Of a stretch of DNA of 64,000 bases, positions 37,801 to 45,124 are shown piece after piece; position 1 is the stretch's first letter, and each line of letters starts with the position of its first letter. Where the stretch lies: the NCBI GenBank assembly GCA_965250285.1, contig OZ252299.1, positions 6,176,001 through 6,240,000 on the forward strand, given 5' to 3'. The DNA comes from Myxococcota bacterium. Lineage in GTDB: Bacteria; Myxococcota_A; UBA9160; UBA4427. A program made the position numbers and the translations under genes. Below the pieces are notes generated by a model that saw only the letters and a list, made by a program, of their open reading frames with translations, did not search any database and was not told the DNA's origin.

Positions 37801-40800
37801 AACCCGCCGACGACCGACGCGGCCACGGCGCCCTTCGACGTGCCCGGCTGCCCGGGTGGTCTGGGTGATGCGGTGCCGGGCACCGGCGGCGTGTGCGAGA
37901 TCCAGGCCTCGGAGAACCTGCCGCCGGCCACGGTCGCGCCGCGCACCGCGGGCAGCGTCTTCCACGCGCACCTGGTGCTCGACTCGAGCCTCGGCGCTTT
38001 CTCGGCCCAGGCCTTCAACAACCACATCGCGATGGATCCGGCCCTCGACGCCGCGGTGGCCGTCACCAAGACGACCCCCAACACCGAAGTGGTGCTGGGT
38101 CAGCTCGTGCCCTACGAGATCACCGCGACGAATCAGCTGACCACCGATCTGCTCGACGTCGTGATCGTCGATCGCTACCCGGCCGGTTTCAAATACGTCG
38201 ACGGCTCGGCCCGCATCGATGGCGTCGCCATCGAGCCGACTCGGAGCGGTCGCGAGCTGCGATGGCCCGCGATCGACATCCCGCCGGCGGGCAAGGTCAA
38301 CCTGCAGCTGATCCTTGCGGTCGGTGCGGGCGTCCGTGAAGCCGAATACGTGAACCGCGCCCAGATCGTGAGCGGCACGGGCGACGTCCCGCTCTCGGGT
38401 ACGGCGACGGCCACGGTGCGCGTCGCGCCCGATCCCGACTTCGCGTGCACTGACGTGATTGGCAAGGTCTTCGACGACCACGACCGCGACGGTCACCAGG
38501 ACGGCGCGGAAGCGGGCCTCTCGGGCGTGCGCCTGGTGACGCCGCGGGGCCTCGTGGCCACGACCGACGATCACGGTCGCTTCCACATCACCTGCGCCAT
38601 CGTCCCGGCCGACGGCCGCGGCAGCAACTTCGTGCTGAAGCTCGACGACCGCACGCTCCCGAGCGGCTATCGCATGTCGACCCGAGCCGTTCAGGTCAAG
38701 CGCGCGACGCGCGGTAAGGCGCTGCGGTTCGGCTTCGGCGCTTCGATCGACCGCGTGGTCGGCCTCGACGTCGCCGACGCGGCCTTCGAGCCCGGCGGTA
38801 CGGCGCTGCGCCCGCAGTGGGAAGGCCGCATCGCGCTGCTCGTCGACGAGCTCGAAGAAGACGACTCGACCCTGCGCATCTCGTACATCGGTGACGTCGA
38901 GAGCGCCCGCCTCGTCGATCGCCGCATGTCGGCTCTGGAGTCGCGCGTGCGCGATGCCTGGCGCGAGCGCAGCGATGCGGCGCTCACGATCGAGAACGAG
39001 ATCTACTGGCGGCGTGGCGCGCCGAGTGATCGCTGGAGCCGCTTCGTCCGGCGCCTCAATCCCTGGTCGGGCGACGCCGGCGTGCCGCCCAATGCGGGTG
39101 AGATCCTCGAGGCCAGCAACGGTCAGGCGATCGAGCGCCATCTGCCGCACGACTCCAGCCCGGGTCAGTGGATGACCGATCCCGAGCTGTTCGACAAACA
39201 GCGGGGCGACCGCATCGAGCAGCGCGAGGTCATGAAGGAAGAGGCACGGACCGTCAAGCTGCGCAACGTCGTGCCGCCGATCCGCTTCGACACCGGCGAG
39301 GCCGATCTGCCGCCGAGCTACATCGACAATCTGCGCCGCGTCCTCGACGACATGCAGCACCTGTCGAATGTGCGACTGCACTTCGTGGGCCATGCCGACT
39401 CGCAGCCGCTCTCGGGCCGGCTCGCGAGCGAGTACGGCGACAACGTCGGCCTCTCGCGGGAGCGTTCGGGAGAGGTGGCCGAGTTCGTCCAGCAGGCGCT
39501 GGATCTGCAGCCCGAGTCGATCTCGTTCGCGTGGGCCGGCGACAGCGAGCCGGTCGCGACCAACTCGACGGTCGAGGGCCGCGCGCTCAACCGCCGCGTC
39601 GAGGTCGAGGTCTGGTACGACGAGTACGACGAGAAGGTCGCGGTCGAAGACGTCGTCGTGAGCGATGACATCAAGCGGGTCAAGGTCTGCCGCGTCGAGA
39701 CCGTGTGCAAGATGCGCTTCATCGAGGGGCACAACCGCCGCGCCCGCGTGCGCAACCTCGTCCCGCCGCTGCGCATCGGCGACCGCGGTCTCAGCGTGCC
39801 GCAGAGCTTCGTCGATGAGATCTCGGAGGCACTCGGCAACCTGAGCGACCACAACAACGTGACGGTGAAGCTCGTCGGCTACACCGACTCGGCACCGCTC
39901 GCGGGGCGTGAGGCACGCATCTACGGCACGCACCTCGCGCTGTCGAAGGCCAACGCCCACCGCGCGGCGCTCGCGATCAAGGATGCCCTCGGCCTGCCCA
40001 ACGCAGCCGTGGCGAGCGATGGCCGCGGCTCGAGTCGGCCGGTCGCCTCGAACGAGTCGGCGCGCGGTCGCACGCTCAACCGACGCATCGAGGTCGAGTT
40101 CTGGTACGACGACCCGCTGCAGGAGCTCGATGACGATCTGCAGATCTGTCCCGAGGCACTCGGCGACACGATGATCACGAAGGTCTACGACCCGCCGTGG
40201 GGTCGCATCCCGTCGCTCTCGATCGAGGGTGGTGAGCCGAGCATCCCGGTCGATCTCGAGGGTGCGCTGCTGCGCGCGATGAACGACCTCGATGATCGCC
40301 AGAACGTGCGGCTCCGCTTCGTCGGCTATACCGGCAACGAGACCCTCGATCGGCGCACGGCGCTCGTCTACGGCGACGACGTGGGTCTCTCGACGGCGCG
40401 CGCGCGCCGCTCGATGGATGCCGTCGTGGCCCTCATGGCGCTCGAATCCTCTCAGGCGGAGGCCGAGGGTCGGGGCTACGTCCATTCGGACGACGTCGTG
40501 AATGCGGGCTTCACCCAGGAGGCCGACTCGCTGGTGGTCGTGCAGGTCGTCTACGACGAGCCGGCCGCAAGTGACGACTACGAGGGCGTCGAGATCACGC
40601 GGATCACCCGCGAGCTCGAGCCGCAGGATCCGCTCGCGCTCAACCTGATGCGCATCACCGTCGACGGTGAGCCGGTCGACGATCGCAACCGTAGCTCGGC
40701 CGACGTGCAGCGCTGTACCGATGTGGCGCTCGAGCGCGCGGCCGTCGAGTTCCGATTCGACTCCCTCACGGCCGACCGGCGCCTTTCGGTGGCGTCCGAC

Positions 40801-43800
40801 GCGCGCATGGTGGCCGCCGGCACGGCGGGCGCCGAGGCGGGCGCCGACGCGGCGATCCGATTCAAGGCCTACACCAACTACGGCCACTACATCGAACGCA
40901 CCGAGGTGCGCGTCTTCGAGCGCTCGGCTTCGCTCGAGTCGAAGCCGCTGGCCGTGATCGAGGTCGGACCCGACGGCATCGCCGAGTGGCGACCCGAGCC
41001 GCGCAACCTGAGCGGCCCGGTCGAAGAGTTGAAGTTCGTCCTGCGCGCGTATAGCGAGAAGGGTCGCTTCGACGAGACCGTGCCCCAGAGCCTCTGGATG
41101 GTGAACGGCACGAGCCGGGAGATGGCGGCGCGGGCTCCGGGGTCGCCCGCGAACGCCGCCGAGATCCGCGAGGCCGACAAGATGCTCCGCGCGGGTTACG
41201 GCGAGACCGACGTGGCGATCGCCAACATCGATCTGGGCGGCGCCGGTACCGTGCGCGTGCTCGGGGGCGGCGTGCCCGAGGGCCACAACGTGTGGATCGC
41301 AGGCGAGCCCGTGCCAGTGGCCGAAGGCGGCGAGTTCATTGCCGAGGCCGTGGTGCCCCAGGGCCTGCAGACCGTCGAGGTCGCCATGCTCGACGAAGAG
41401 GGCAACGGCGAGCTCTTCCTGCGTGATCTCGAGGTGAAGAAGAGCGACTGGTTCTACGTCGCGATGGCCGACGTGACGCTTCAGGCCAACCTCGGTGACG
41501 GACCGTCTGAGGAGCTGCAGGGCGAGAATGGGACGATGGATCCCGATTCGTTCGCCGACGGACGCTTCGCGTTCTTCCTGACGGGTCGCTTCGGCAACGA
41601 CTGGCGGCTGACCGCCAGCGCCGACACCGAAGAAGGCGAGCTGAAGGATCTCTTCACGAACTTCATGGACAAGTCGCCCGATGCGCTCTTCCGCCGCATC
41701 GATCCCGACTATCACTACCCGACTTTCGGCGACGACGGCACGGTCGACCAGATGGCACCTTCGTCGGGCAAGTTCTTCGTGAAGCTCGACCAAGGGCCGA
41801 ACCACGCGATGTGGGGCAACTTCGGCGTGAGCTACGTCGACAACGAGCTGGCCCGCGTCGAGCGCGGCCTCTATGGCGGTAACCTGCACTACGAGACCGA
41901 CGCCACGACGAGCTTCGGCGAGCGGCGCGTGCAGGTCGACGGCTTCGCGGCCGACCCGGGCACGATCTCGAGCCGAGAGGACTTCCGCGGCACGGGCGGC
42001 TCGCTCTACTACCTCAAGCACCGCGACCTGCTGATGGGCTCGGAGCGGCTGCGCATCGAGATTCGTGACAAGGTCACGGGGCTGGTCACGGCGGTCACGT
42101 ACCTGCAGCCCGACGAAGACTACGACATCGACTACTTCCAGGGTCGCATCCTGCTGGCGAAGCCGATCTCGGCGACCGCCTCCGACGGGTTGCTGGTGCG
42201 CAACGACGGTCTCTCGGGCAACGAGGCATGGCTCGTCGCGCAGTACGAGTACGCCCCGGGGATCGACGAGATCGATGCGCTCGCGGCCGGTGGTGAGGGC
42301 CAGTTCTGGGTCAATGACTTCCTGAAGCTCGGCGTCACCGCGTATCGCAACAGCGAGCAGAGCGCCGACAGCAGCCTCTACGGCGCGCATCTGGTCGCGC
42401 GGCTCAGCTCGGCCTCGTGGATGAAGGTGCAGGCGGGCTATAGCGACGGCCTCGTCGGCGCGCAGCTGAGCTCGAACGACGGCGGCTTCGACTTCGACGG
42501 CACGACCGCATCGTCGTTCGCGAATGACGACGCGCTCGCCTTCCGTGGCGATCTGAGCCTCGGGCTCTCCGACGTCTCCGAGGCGCTCGAGGGCGGCCTC
42601 ACGTTCTACTTCCAGCGACTCTACGCCGGCTACTCGGTGCCTGGGCTGTCGGCGCAGAACGACACCGACTTCGTGGGCGGCACGCTCTCGGTGCCGGTGG
42701 CCGACCGGCTCGCCGTCGAGATCAAGGCCGACTACGTCGCCGAGACCGACGGGCTCGTGACCAATACGCAAGAGCTCGACGCGCACTTCGACCTCACCGA
42801 CGAGATCACGGTGTCGGCCGGCGTGCGCAACGACGAGCGTGAGGACGACAGCCCGGCGCCGCCCGCGACCCAGCGCGAGGGCGGTCGCACCGACGTCATC
42901 GTCGAGGCCGGGTTCGACGCCGGTGCGGTCTGGAGCGCCTACGCGTTCGGTCAGGCGACGGTGCGCAAGAACGGCGACCGCGAAGACAACCACCGCGGTG
43001 GCGTGGGCGGCCGGGTGCGCATCAACGATCGGCTCGAGGCCGAGGGTGAGGTGTCGTACGGTGACCAGGGGGCCACGGTCGAGGTGGGCACCAACTACCA
43101 GCAGACCGCCGAGACGAGCCGCTACCTCAGTTACTCGCTCGACAACGAGCGGGCGACGACCGGAGCGAACTCACGCCGCGGCAACCTCACGAGTGGGGCG
43201 CGCACGCGACTGTCCGACAGCGCGAGCGTGTACCAGGAAGACCGCTACCAGCACAGCGCGTCGGCGAACGGTCTCAGCCGGGCCATCGGTCTCGACTGGG
43301 TCGTGAACGAGCGCTGGACGCTCGGTGCCGAGTGGGAGTACGGCACGCTGATCGACCCGCAGACGCTCGCCGAGACGAGGCGCAACGCGGGTGGCGGACG
43401 CGTGAGCTACCGGTTCGAAGACCTCTACGTCTCGAGCGGCGTCGAGTACCGATCCGACGACACCCAGCAGCCCGACTCGAGCTGGTCGAAGCGGACGACC
43501 TGGCTCTTCCGCAACGACGCTCGGCTGCAGGTGACGGACGACTGGCGTCTGCTCGGCAAGTTCAACCACTCGTTCAGCAACAGCTCACTCGGTGAGTTCT
43601 TCGACGGGGGCTTCACCGAGCTCGTGCTGGGCTACGGCTACCGCCCCGTTGCGAACGACAAGCTCGACGTCCTCGCGAAGTACACGTACTTCTTCAACCG
43701 CCCGACGACCGACCAGGTGGGCCAGAACGGGCAGTCGACCCTCTATCTGCAGCGCAGCCACGTCATGTCGGTGGACGTCACCTACGATGTGGCCCGCGAC

Positions 43801-44130
43801 TGGACGTTGGGTGGCAAGTACGCCTACCGGCTGGGCGAGCTGAGCCTCGACCGCGAGAACCCCGACTTCTTCGACAACAGCGCCCATCTCTACGTCGGGC
43901 GCGTCGACTGGCAGTTCCTGTCGAAGTGGGAGATCTCGGCCGAGGGTCGCATGCTGCACATGCCGAGCCTGGGCGAGCGCAAGGGCGGCGCGCTCTTCAC
44001 GCTCTACCGCTACCTCGGTAAGCACTTCAAGGTCGGCGTCGGGTACAACTTCACCGACTTCTCCGAGGATCTCACCGACCTGAGCTACGACCACCACGGT
44101 CTGTTCTTCAACATCATCGGTACGCTCTAG
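28888..44130 (+). CDS. Giant (~5,080 aa) surface protein: DUF11/isopeptide Ig repeats, SdrD-B-like, OmpA-like domains and C-terminal beta-barrel-like region
   Basis: Uninterrupted ORF (track start 28837; TTG 28888 has a GAGG RBS); signal peptide ending SGASAQA; repeated K-x(n)-GD-x-L-x-Y-x-I-x-V-x-N units; FVGHADS...NRRVEV OmpA motifs; alternating beta-strand pattern to the C-terminus GLFFNIIGTL. Confidence 0.88.
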   Translation: MQHQSDIREQRGSTERAATPVRAGIRRAIAIASWAIALLCLSGASAQAQPVPATCPAQLGTETLVRHDMSVSFCELCDVGQATIVVENPLSTFPGDVDFSDITVVENLRNTGLTYAGNPQFSFNNAIPTGAFAPTVSGTDDEILTWDLPAGFTLPEVPGFGTSSSITIQFDVERQSSFTEEGLVTSTPDRDIQASVILEPSCAPGEIYGQSTGLNELPLQEPELNLALSGRNLDAAQGGWSDPVYGHEGDDIIWRLRVRNDGEAPLQDFVFDMALFDSVGGPGDFELTHICTTNGAAAAASAGASPANCRSLAGTSSSPNLDIAALFGGGANPYIVLGPNSQRFFYFAGRVNTSCDELDALADNAQWGCQSEPPVGGISQSSTGITDDGTGLLRTESEEARLDFDVDFQGVNDPSQPLGARGNVVVTINNVSRGTIYGDTDGIELQVDLPAQYVVDPSLPPIFDMDPAYGNYQGMIDTMSWDNPDPGTDPDPSADPNAQLNNDSLQFTLTSSSQNAPGGPYPIQEHLIRHGDVVTITIRVVQIDPTYYDLDADLDIRLEDPASTPMPNTDPTQTFGVTGQADVSYEEFCTGNNHLVSDVEFDTANPEDLDVDMTGGELVFILTDSGDPLPLSVELTNNGGHDADDYQAYVTFGQAMQVSTVAPGCTLTTNPPPLPEWQLPDPLPATGTVYICDRGTIGPGDTEVFNFEVVKNPTPPFDDDLTFRADVIGESHLADGTPLWFPVPQPRGDGITDRGNNYTVDGLRARVVGYNLLKTQLGDCNENNPPPGTPDDLVQIGEECTFRVESGGWFGFETPGFTYIAVQNVQVVDQNPDGQTYISSTDPLIESTTQIQGVTFTPPAVPLTDDWFDWTFNTDPLTQRITELDHWFRTNFVTRMMNDPIDAAGAPNQHAATSSNVLTSTFEAVFFNPSIGGEEIFTLGPSTIGFPREVFRRVDVTVTEPQLTLVKEVCNETRYGVGAACTNFVPLADDGDAFDEYVYRITVTNEAAAGGVPRAPAYDVTVTSVTDASDQLEVLALTGDTLDNDGDALVDGADAAGEGTITDTVVENGVPAEVIASYTHSDALLRIDPGDSVVLYYRVDPDDDVAPLQQLISSVSATYDSLEGDFGSQSTPQQPNGDEAGARQYTSAPVEATIQIIPVEVSPKEVISTSSTAVSGPGVDQPAVIGEELEFELQALIPVSQLRNFTIRDELPAGLTCAEAPDVDLDAAPYDAAGFVPGGVFTPTCTANDVIWDFGNQTVTTSNRVDRRFDFRVQFIGRVENVVANQDGVSIVNGGGGTVANVEYINESGGAVVLPIGAATVIVTEPQVDLVKAFSVAQADAGDLTRVTVTATNNGTATAHNIRVLEDLTHPELSYAGDVQGTLPPTADTVTFGPDQPLFTWTPGLTLAPGASVSFSFAVQVGTGVTPHEVLDNTIQADWTSLAANTTALNSTGSIGADGAADGMRIGALPNAADPLNDYESEADASMEVPPLAFTKTDLDPALAAEIGVHKSYELAIQLPEGVTQNVIINDALDAGDVSWVLAHNATYDVTYQFDGISQVNGQPPAEAALLAFPSDGESGTITWNIGEVVTLSEDDLTVNAITPTIRVTYFARINNDTATDAGDSLQNIATTDYTNGETAVTESLVSAAAPIIATESTLTATKVLANVTGGKLPTDPPAFNDLLEYTVTIVNAGIATAYDVNVVDTLPPELTLEVATTPTATLNSVPIAGFVAVPAGSPSGPLIWGNGNGDGSIDIPSGGFVDLTYRIRVTTPLPDPSVLANRVWVDWTSLDGADVHERTGAGCPTTTAPNDYCFGPAVASGTSVPVPPPSAVLKEISQATASVGESFTYRITVPSTPYAFPIYDVRITDDLGASAADLRFVQVDKVSVAGTWTPVNTGTPTALVIEDTTSGIDIPAGEQIVVDVTVVLEDTPTNATGLSFTNAASQTYNWVDGDPLSQRAGFPGVSPPMTIVGPDTMLMDKSGPTQATVGVPVTYTLDVTNTGDGPAFGMTLSDLLPDTVDGGTCDVAPTNFGAGVFESNGTTPVSGPLAEGADFTVTFTPAPTCRVDIAFTGTNAVVGATERLIVTYDAALDLDTSDSAALTNVAGATQWFSAEGADARSYTGALTDGTIGTDDEQDATTVATALPLYRFEKTVINVTTGQDPAVDASPGDTLRYRLEVENLGSVAGSPFTLVDELDALNVAPVFAPGSLTIVSAPGTDGSSATGGANGTGLVSIADLSLPNLGDSLFVEFEATLAPVVAAGTVVTNQGQLVVGGSPFALSDDPNVGAPPDPLVFGDEDPTTVTIQSAPDFLIQKTSAYLDGDPAVLLAGERIQYTITVKNVGSDDAADATLRDAVPAGTTYVPGSTTLNGTAVTDGAGGTSPLATGLLIYAPEDPTPGAMRADDSATTTNVATLVFEVLVDPAAADGTVIANQAFVSAVGGGVVDQPSDDPSTPLADDPTRDVVGNLPLLFASKDVVIVVDGGTVGVADPGDRLRYTIAVQNTGSIPATVAQLVDAVPANTTYVAGSTTLNGLAVPDGAGGTSPLIAGIDIASTSGTPPLPAAGAGVLAPAETATIVFDLDIDAGVASGTIISNQATVQTAELPNLLTDGDGNPSTGPEPTVIVVGDAQVLTISKNVIVVGGGAALAGADLEYEVIVSNPGTLPAQNVIITDDLGLPVPGQLTYVPASATMNGLPAGIAVVGSLITADYSTLNGPLGPGESITLRFRATLDGALAIGTVVSNTATVAWNAPVQTESATVTITVGGMPGAGVLSGALWQDIDFDLVQGGAERALDGWTVELLRSGVVAFTTLTDAAGGWAMSGIQPNDITGEAYAVRFSAPQAVATTASLGNTDSAFTDGPQLISNVLVSSGSVLADLNLPIQPNGVVYDSIERVPIPGTVLQMRNANTGVALPSACFDDPAQQGQVTLADGLYKFDLNFSDPACPSGGGYLIDVTGAATGYSPGLSLVNPPTTDAATAPFDVPGCPGGLGDAVPGTGGVCEIQASENLPPATVAPRTAGSVFHAHLVLDSSLGAFSAQAFNNHIAMDPALDAAVAVTKTTPNTEVVLGQLVPYEITATNQLTTDLLDVVIVDRYPAGFKYVDGSARIDGVAIEPTRSGRELRWPAIDIPPAGKVNLQLILAVGAGVREAEYVNRAQIVSGTGDVPLSGTATATVRVAPDPDFACTDVIGKVFDDHDRDGHQDGAEAGLSGVRLVTPRGLVATTDDHGRFHITCAIVPADGRGSNFVLKLDDRTLPSGYRMSTRAVQVKRATRGKALRFGFGASIDRVVGLDVADAAFEPGGTALRPQWEGRIALLVDELEEDDSTLRISYIGDVESARLVDRRMSALESRVRDAWRERSDAALTIENEIYWRRGAPSDRWSRFVRRLNPWSGDAGVPPNAGEILEASNGQAIERHLPHDSSPGQWMTDPELFDKQRGDRIEQREVMKEEARTVKLRNVVPPIRFDTGEADLPPSYIDNLRRVLDDMQHLSNVRLHFVGHADSQPLSGRLASEYGDNVGLSRERSGEVAEFVQQALDLQPESISFAWAGDSEPVATNSTVEGRALNRRVEVEVWYDEYDEKVAVEDVVVSDDIKRVKVCRVETVCKMRFIEGHNRRARVRNLVPPLRIGDRGLSVPQSFVDEISEALGNLSDHNNVTVKLVGYTDSAPLAGREARIYGTHLALSKANAHRAALAIKDALGLPNAAVASDGRGSSRPVASNESARGRTLNRRIEVEFWYDDPLQELDDDLQICPEALGDTMITKVYDPPWGRIPSLSIEGGEPSIPVDLEGALLRAMNDLDDRQNVRLRFVGYTGNETLDRRTALVYGDDVGLSTARARRSMDAVVALMALESSQAEAEGRGYVHSDDVVNAGFTQEADSLVVVQVVYDEPAASDDYEGVEITRITRELEPQDPLALNLMRITVDGEPVDDRNRSSADVQRCTDVALERAAVEFRFDSLTADRRLSVASDARMVAAGTAGAEAGADAAIRFKAYTNYGHYIERTEVRVFERSASLESKPLAVIEVGPDGIAEWRPEPRNLSGPVEELKFVLRAYSEKGRFDETVPQSLWMVNGTSREMAARAPGSPANAAEIREADKMLRAGYGETDVAIANIDLGGAGTVRVLGGGVPEGHNVWIAGEPVPVAEGGEFIAEAVVPQGLQTVEVAMLDEEGNGELFLRDLEVKKSDWFYVAMADVTLQANLGDGPSEELQGENGTMDPDSFADGRFAFFLTGRFGNDWRLTASADTEEGELKDLFTNFMDKSPDALFRRIDPDYHYPTFGDDGTVDQMAPSSGKFFVKLDQGPNHAMWGNFGVSYVDNELARVERGLYGGNLHYETDATTSFGERRVQVDGFAADPGTISSREDFRGTGGSLYYLKHRDLLMGSERLRIEIRDKVTGLVTAVTYLQPDEDYDIDYFQGRILLAKPISATASDGLLVRNDGLSGNEAWLVAQYEYAPGIDEIDALAAGGEGQFWVNDFLKLGVTAYRNSEQSADSSLYGAHLVARLSSASWMKVQAGYSDGLVGAQLSSNDGGFDFDGTTASSFANDDALAFRGDLSLGLSDVSEALEGGLTFYFQRLYAGYSVPGLSAQNDTDFVGGTLSVPVADRLAVEIKADYVAETDGLVTNTQELDAHFDLTDEITVSAGVRNDEREDDSPAPPATQREGGRTDVIVEAGFDAGAVWSAYAFGQATVRKNGDREDNHRGGVGGRVRINDRLEAEGEVSYGDQGATVEVGTNYQQTAETSRYLSYSLDNERATTGANSRRGNLTSGARTRLSDSASVYQEDRYQHSASANGLSRAIGLDWVVNERWTLGAEWEYGTLIDPQTLAETRRNAGGGRVSYRFEDLYVSSGVEYRSDDTQQPDSSWSKRTTWLFRNDARLQVTDDWRLLGKFNHSFSNSSLGEFFDGGFTELVLGYGYRPVANDKLDVLAKYTYFFNRPTTDQVGQNGQSTLYLQRSHVMSVDVTYDVARDWTLGGKYAYRLGELSLDRENPDFFDNSAHLYVGRVDWQFLSKWEISAEGRMLHMPSLGERKGGALFTLYRYLGKHFKVGVGYNFTDFSEDLTDLSYDHHGLFFNIIGTL

Positions 44131-44137
44131 CGCCCGC

Positions 44138-44159
44138 GGAGGGGGGATCGCCCCCCTCC
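44138..44159 (+). terminator. GC hairpin just after the giant gene
   Basis: GGAGGGGGG-ATCG-CCCCCCTCC 9-bp stem; no U-tract, so its role is uncertain. Confidence 0.45.
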
Positions 44160-44263
44160 CGGCCGTGCACACAGGGGCCGGACGCACCCAGGGTGCGCTG
44201 AGCGTGGCACGGCACGGTGCGCGGCCGAATCTCGATGTCGTCACACGAAAGACGCCACCCGAG

Positions 44264-44272
44264 TGATAGGAT
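44264..44272 (+). promoter_or_regulatory. Extended -10 promoter candidate for the devBCA-like operon
   Basis: TG-A-TAGGAT followed by a GGAGG RBS and TTG 44300. Confidence 0.45.
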
Positions 44273-44299
44273 CGAACTCCGGTCACCGGGAGGTCGATC

Positions 44300-45124
44300 T
44301 TGATTCGTGTTGCCCGCTTGTTTGGTTCGGTCCACTCGCGCGTGTGTCACCGGGCGGGTCGTTCGATCTTCCTCGTCCTCGCCTTCGGCCTGCTCGCAGC
44401 GACGGCGCAGGCCGATTCGCGGTCGGTCTCGTGCCTCGGCCGCCTCGAACCGGGGGAGGGCGTGCGCCGCCTCGCGAGCCCGACCGGCGGCGGCGTCATC
44501 GGCCAGCTGCGGGTGAGCGAGGGCGAGTGGGTCGAAGAAGGGCAGATCCTCGCCACCCTCGTCTCGCGCCCACGACATCAGGCCGTCGTGACTCGACTCG
44601 AAGCCGAGCTCGAGCAGGCGCAAAGCGAGGCGACGCGCCTCGGCAAGCTCGCGACCGGCAATGCGGCGTCGGCGGCGAAGTACGACTCGGCGATCATCGA
44701 CGTGCGCGTCGCCGAGGCCGCGCTCGCGGCCGCAATGTCCGAGGTCGCGCTCTCGGAGGTGCGCGCGCCGATCGCGGGCGAGGTGCTCGAGATCCACGCC
44801 CGCGCGGGTGAGCGCATCGGGCCCGAGGGCGTGCTCGAGCTCGGTGAGACCGACCGCATGGTCGCCGTCGCCGAGGTCTACGAGACCGACGTCGCGCTCG
44901 TCGAAGTCGGCCAGACGGCGACGATCAGCAGCCCGGCCCTCGGCGAGCCGCTCACCGGCCGCGTCGAGCGCGTCGGCCACAAGATCGGCCGCATGGACGT
45001 GATCGGCACCGATCCGATCGCCAAGACGGATGCGCGTGTCGTCGAGGTGCGCATCGCGCTCGACGACGTCGAGCGCGCGCGCGCCCTCACGCACCTGCAG
45101 GTCGAGGTCGAGATCGGTCCGTGA
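44300..45124 (+). CDS. DevB-like membrane fusion (HlyD family) adaptor
   Basis: VSCLGRLEPGEGV, VRAPIAGEVLEIHARAGE, VAEVYETDV, DARVVEVRIALD, LTHLQVEVEI. Confidence 0.88.
   Translation: MIRVARLFGSVHSRVCHRAGRSIFLVLAFGLLAATAQADSRSVSCLGRLEPGEGVRRLASPTGGGVIGQLRVSEGEWVEEGQILATLVSRPRHQAVVTRLEAELEQAQSEATRLGKLATGNAASAAKYDSAIIDVRVAEAALAAAMSEVALSEVRAPIAGEVLEIHARAGERIGPEGVLELGETDRMVAVAEVYETDVALVEVGQTATISSPALGEPLTGRVERVGHKIGRMDVIGTDPIAKTDARVVEVRIALDDVERARALTHLQVEVEIGP

Noticed and set aside
28771..42993. Very long minus-strand ORFs (1582 aa and 2964 aa)
   Set aside because: Antisense shadows of the giant gene; R/V/G/D-rich composition typical of reverse-frame translation
44205..44220. TGGCAC-containing sigma54-like site before the devB-like gene
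   Set aside because: The -12 GC is one base out of register and lacks the TT
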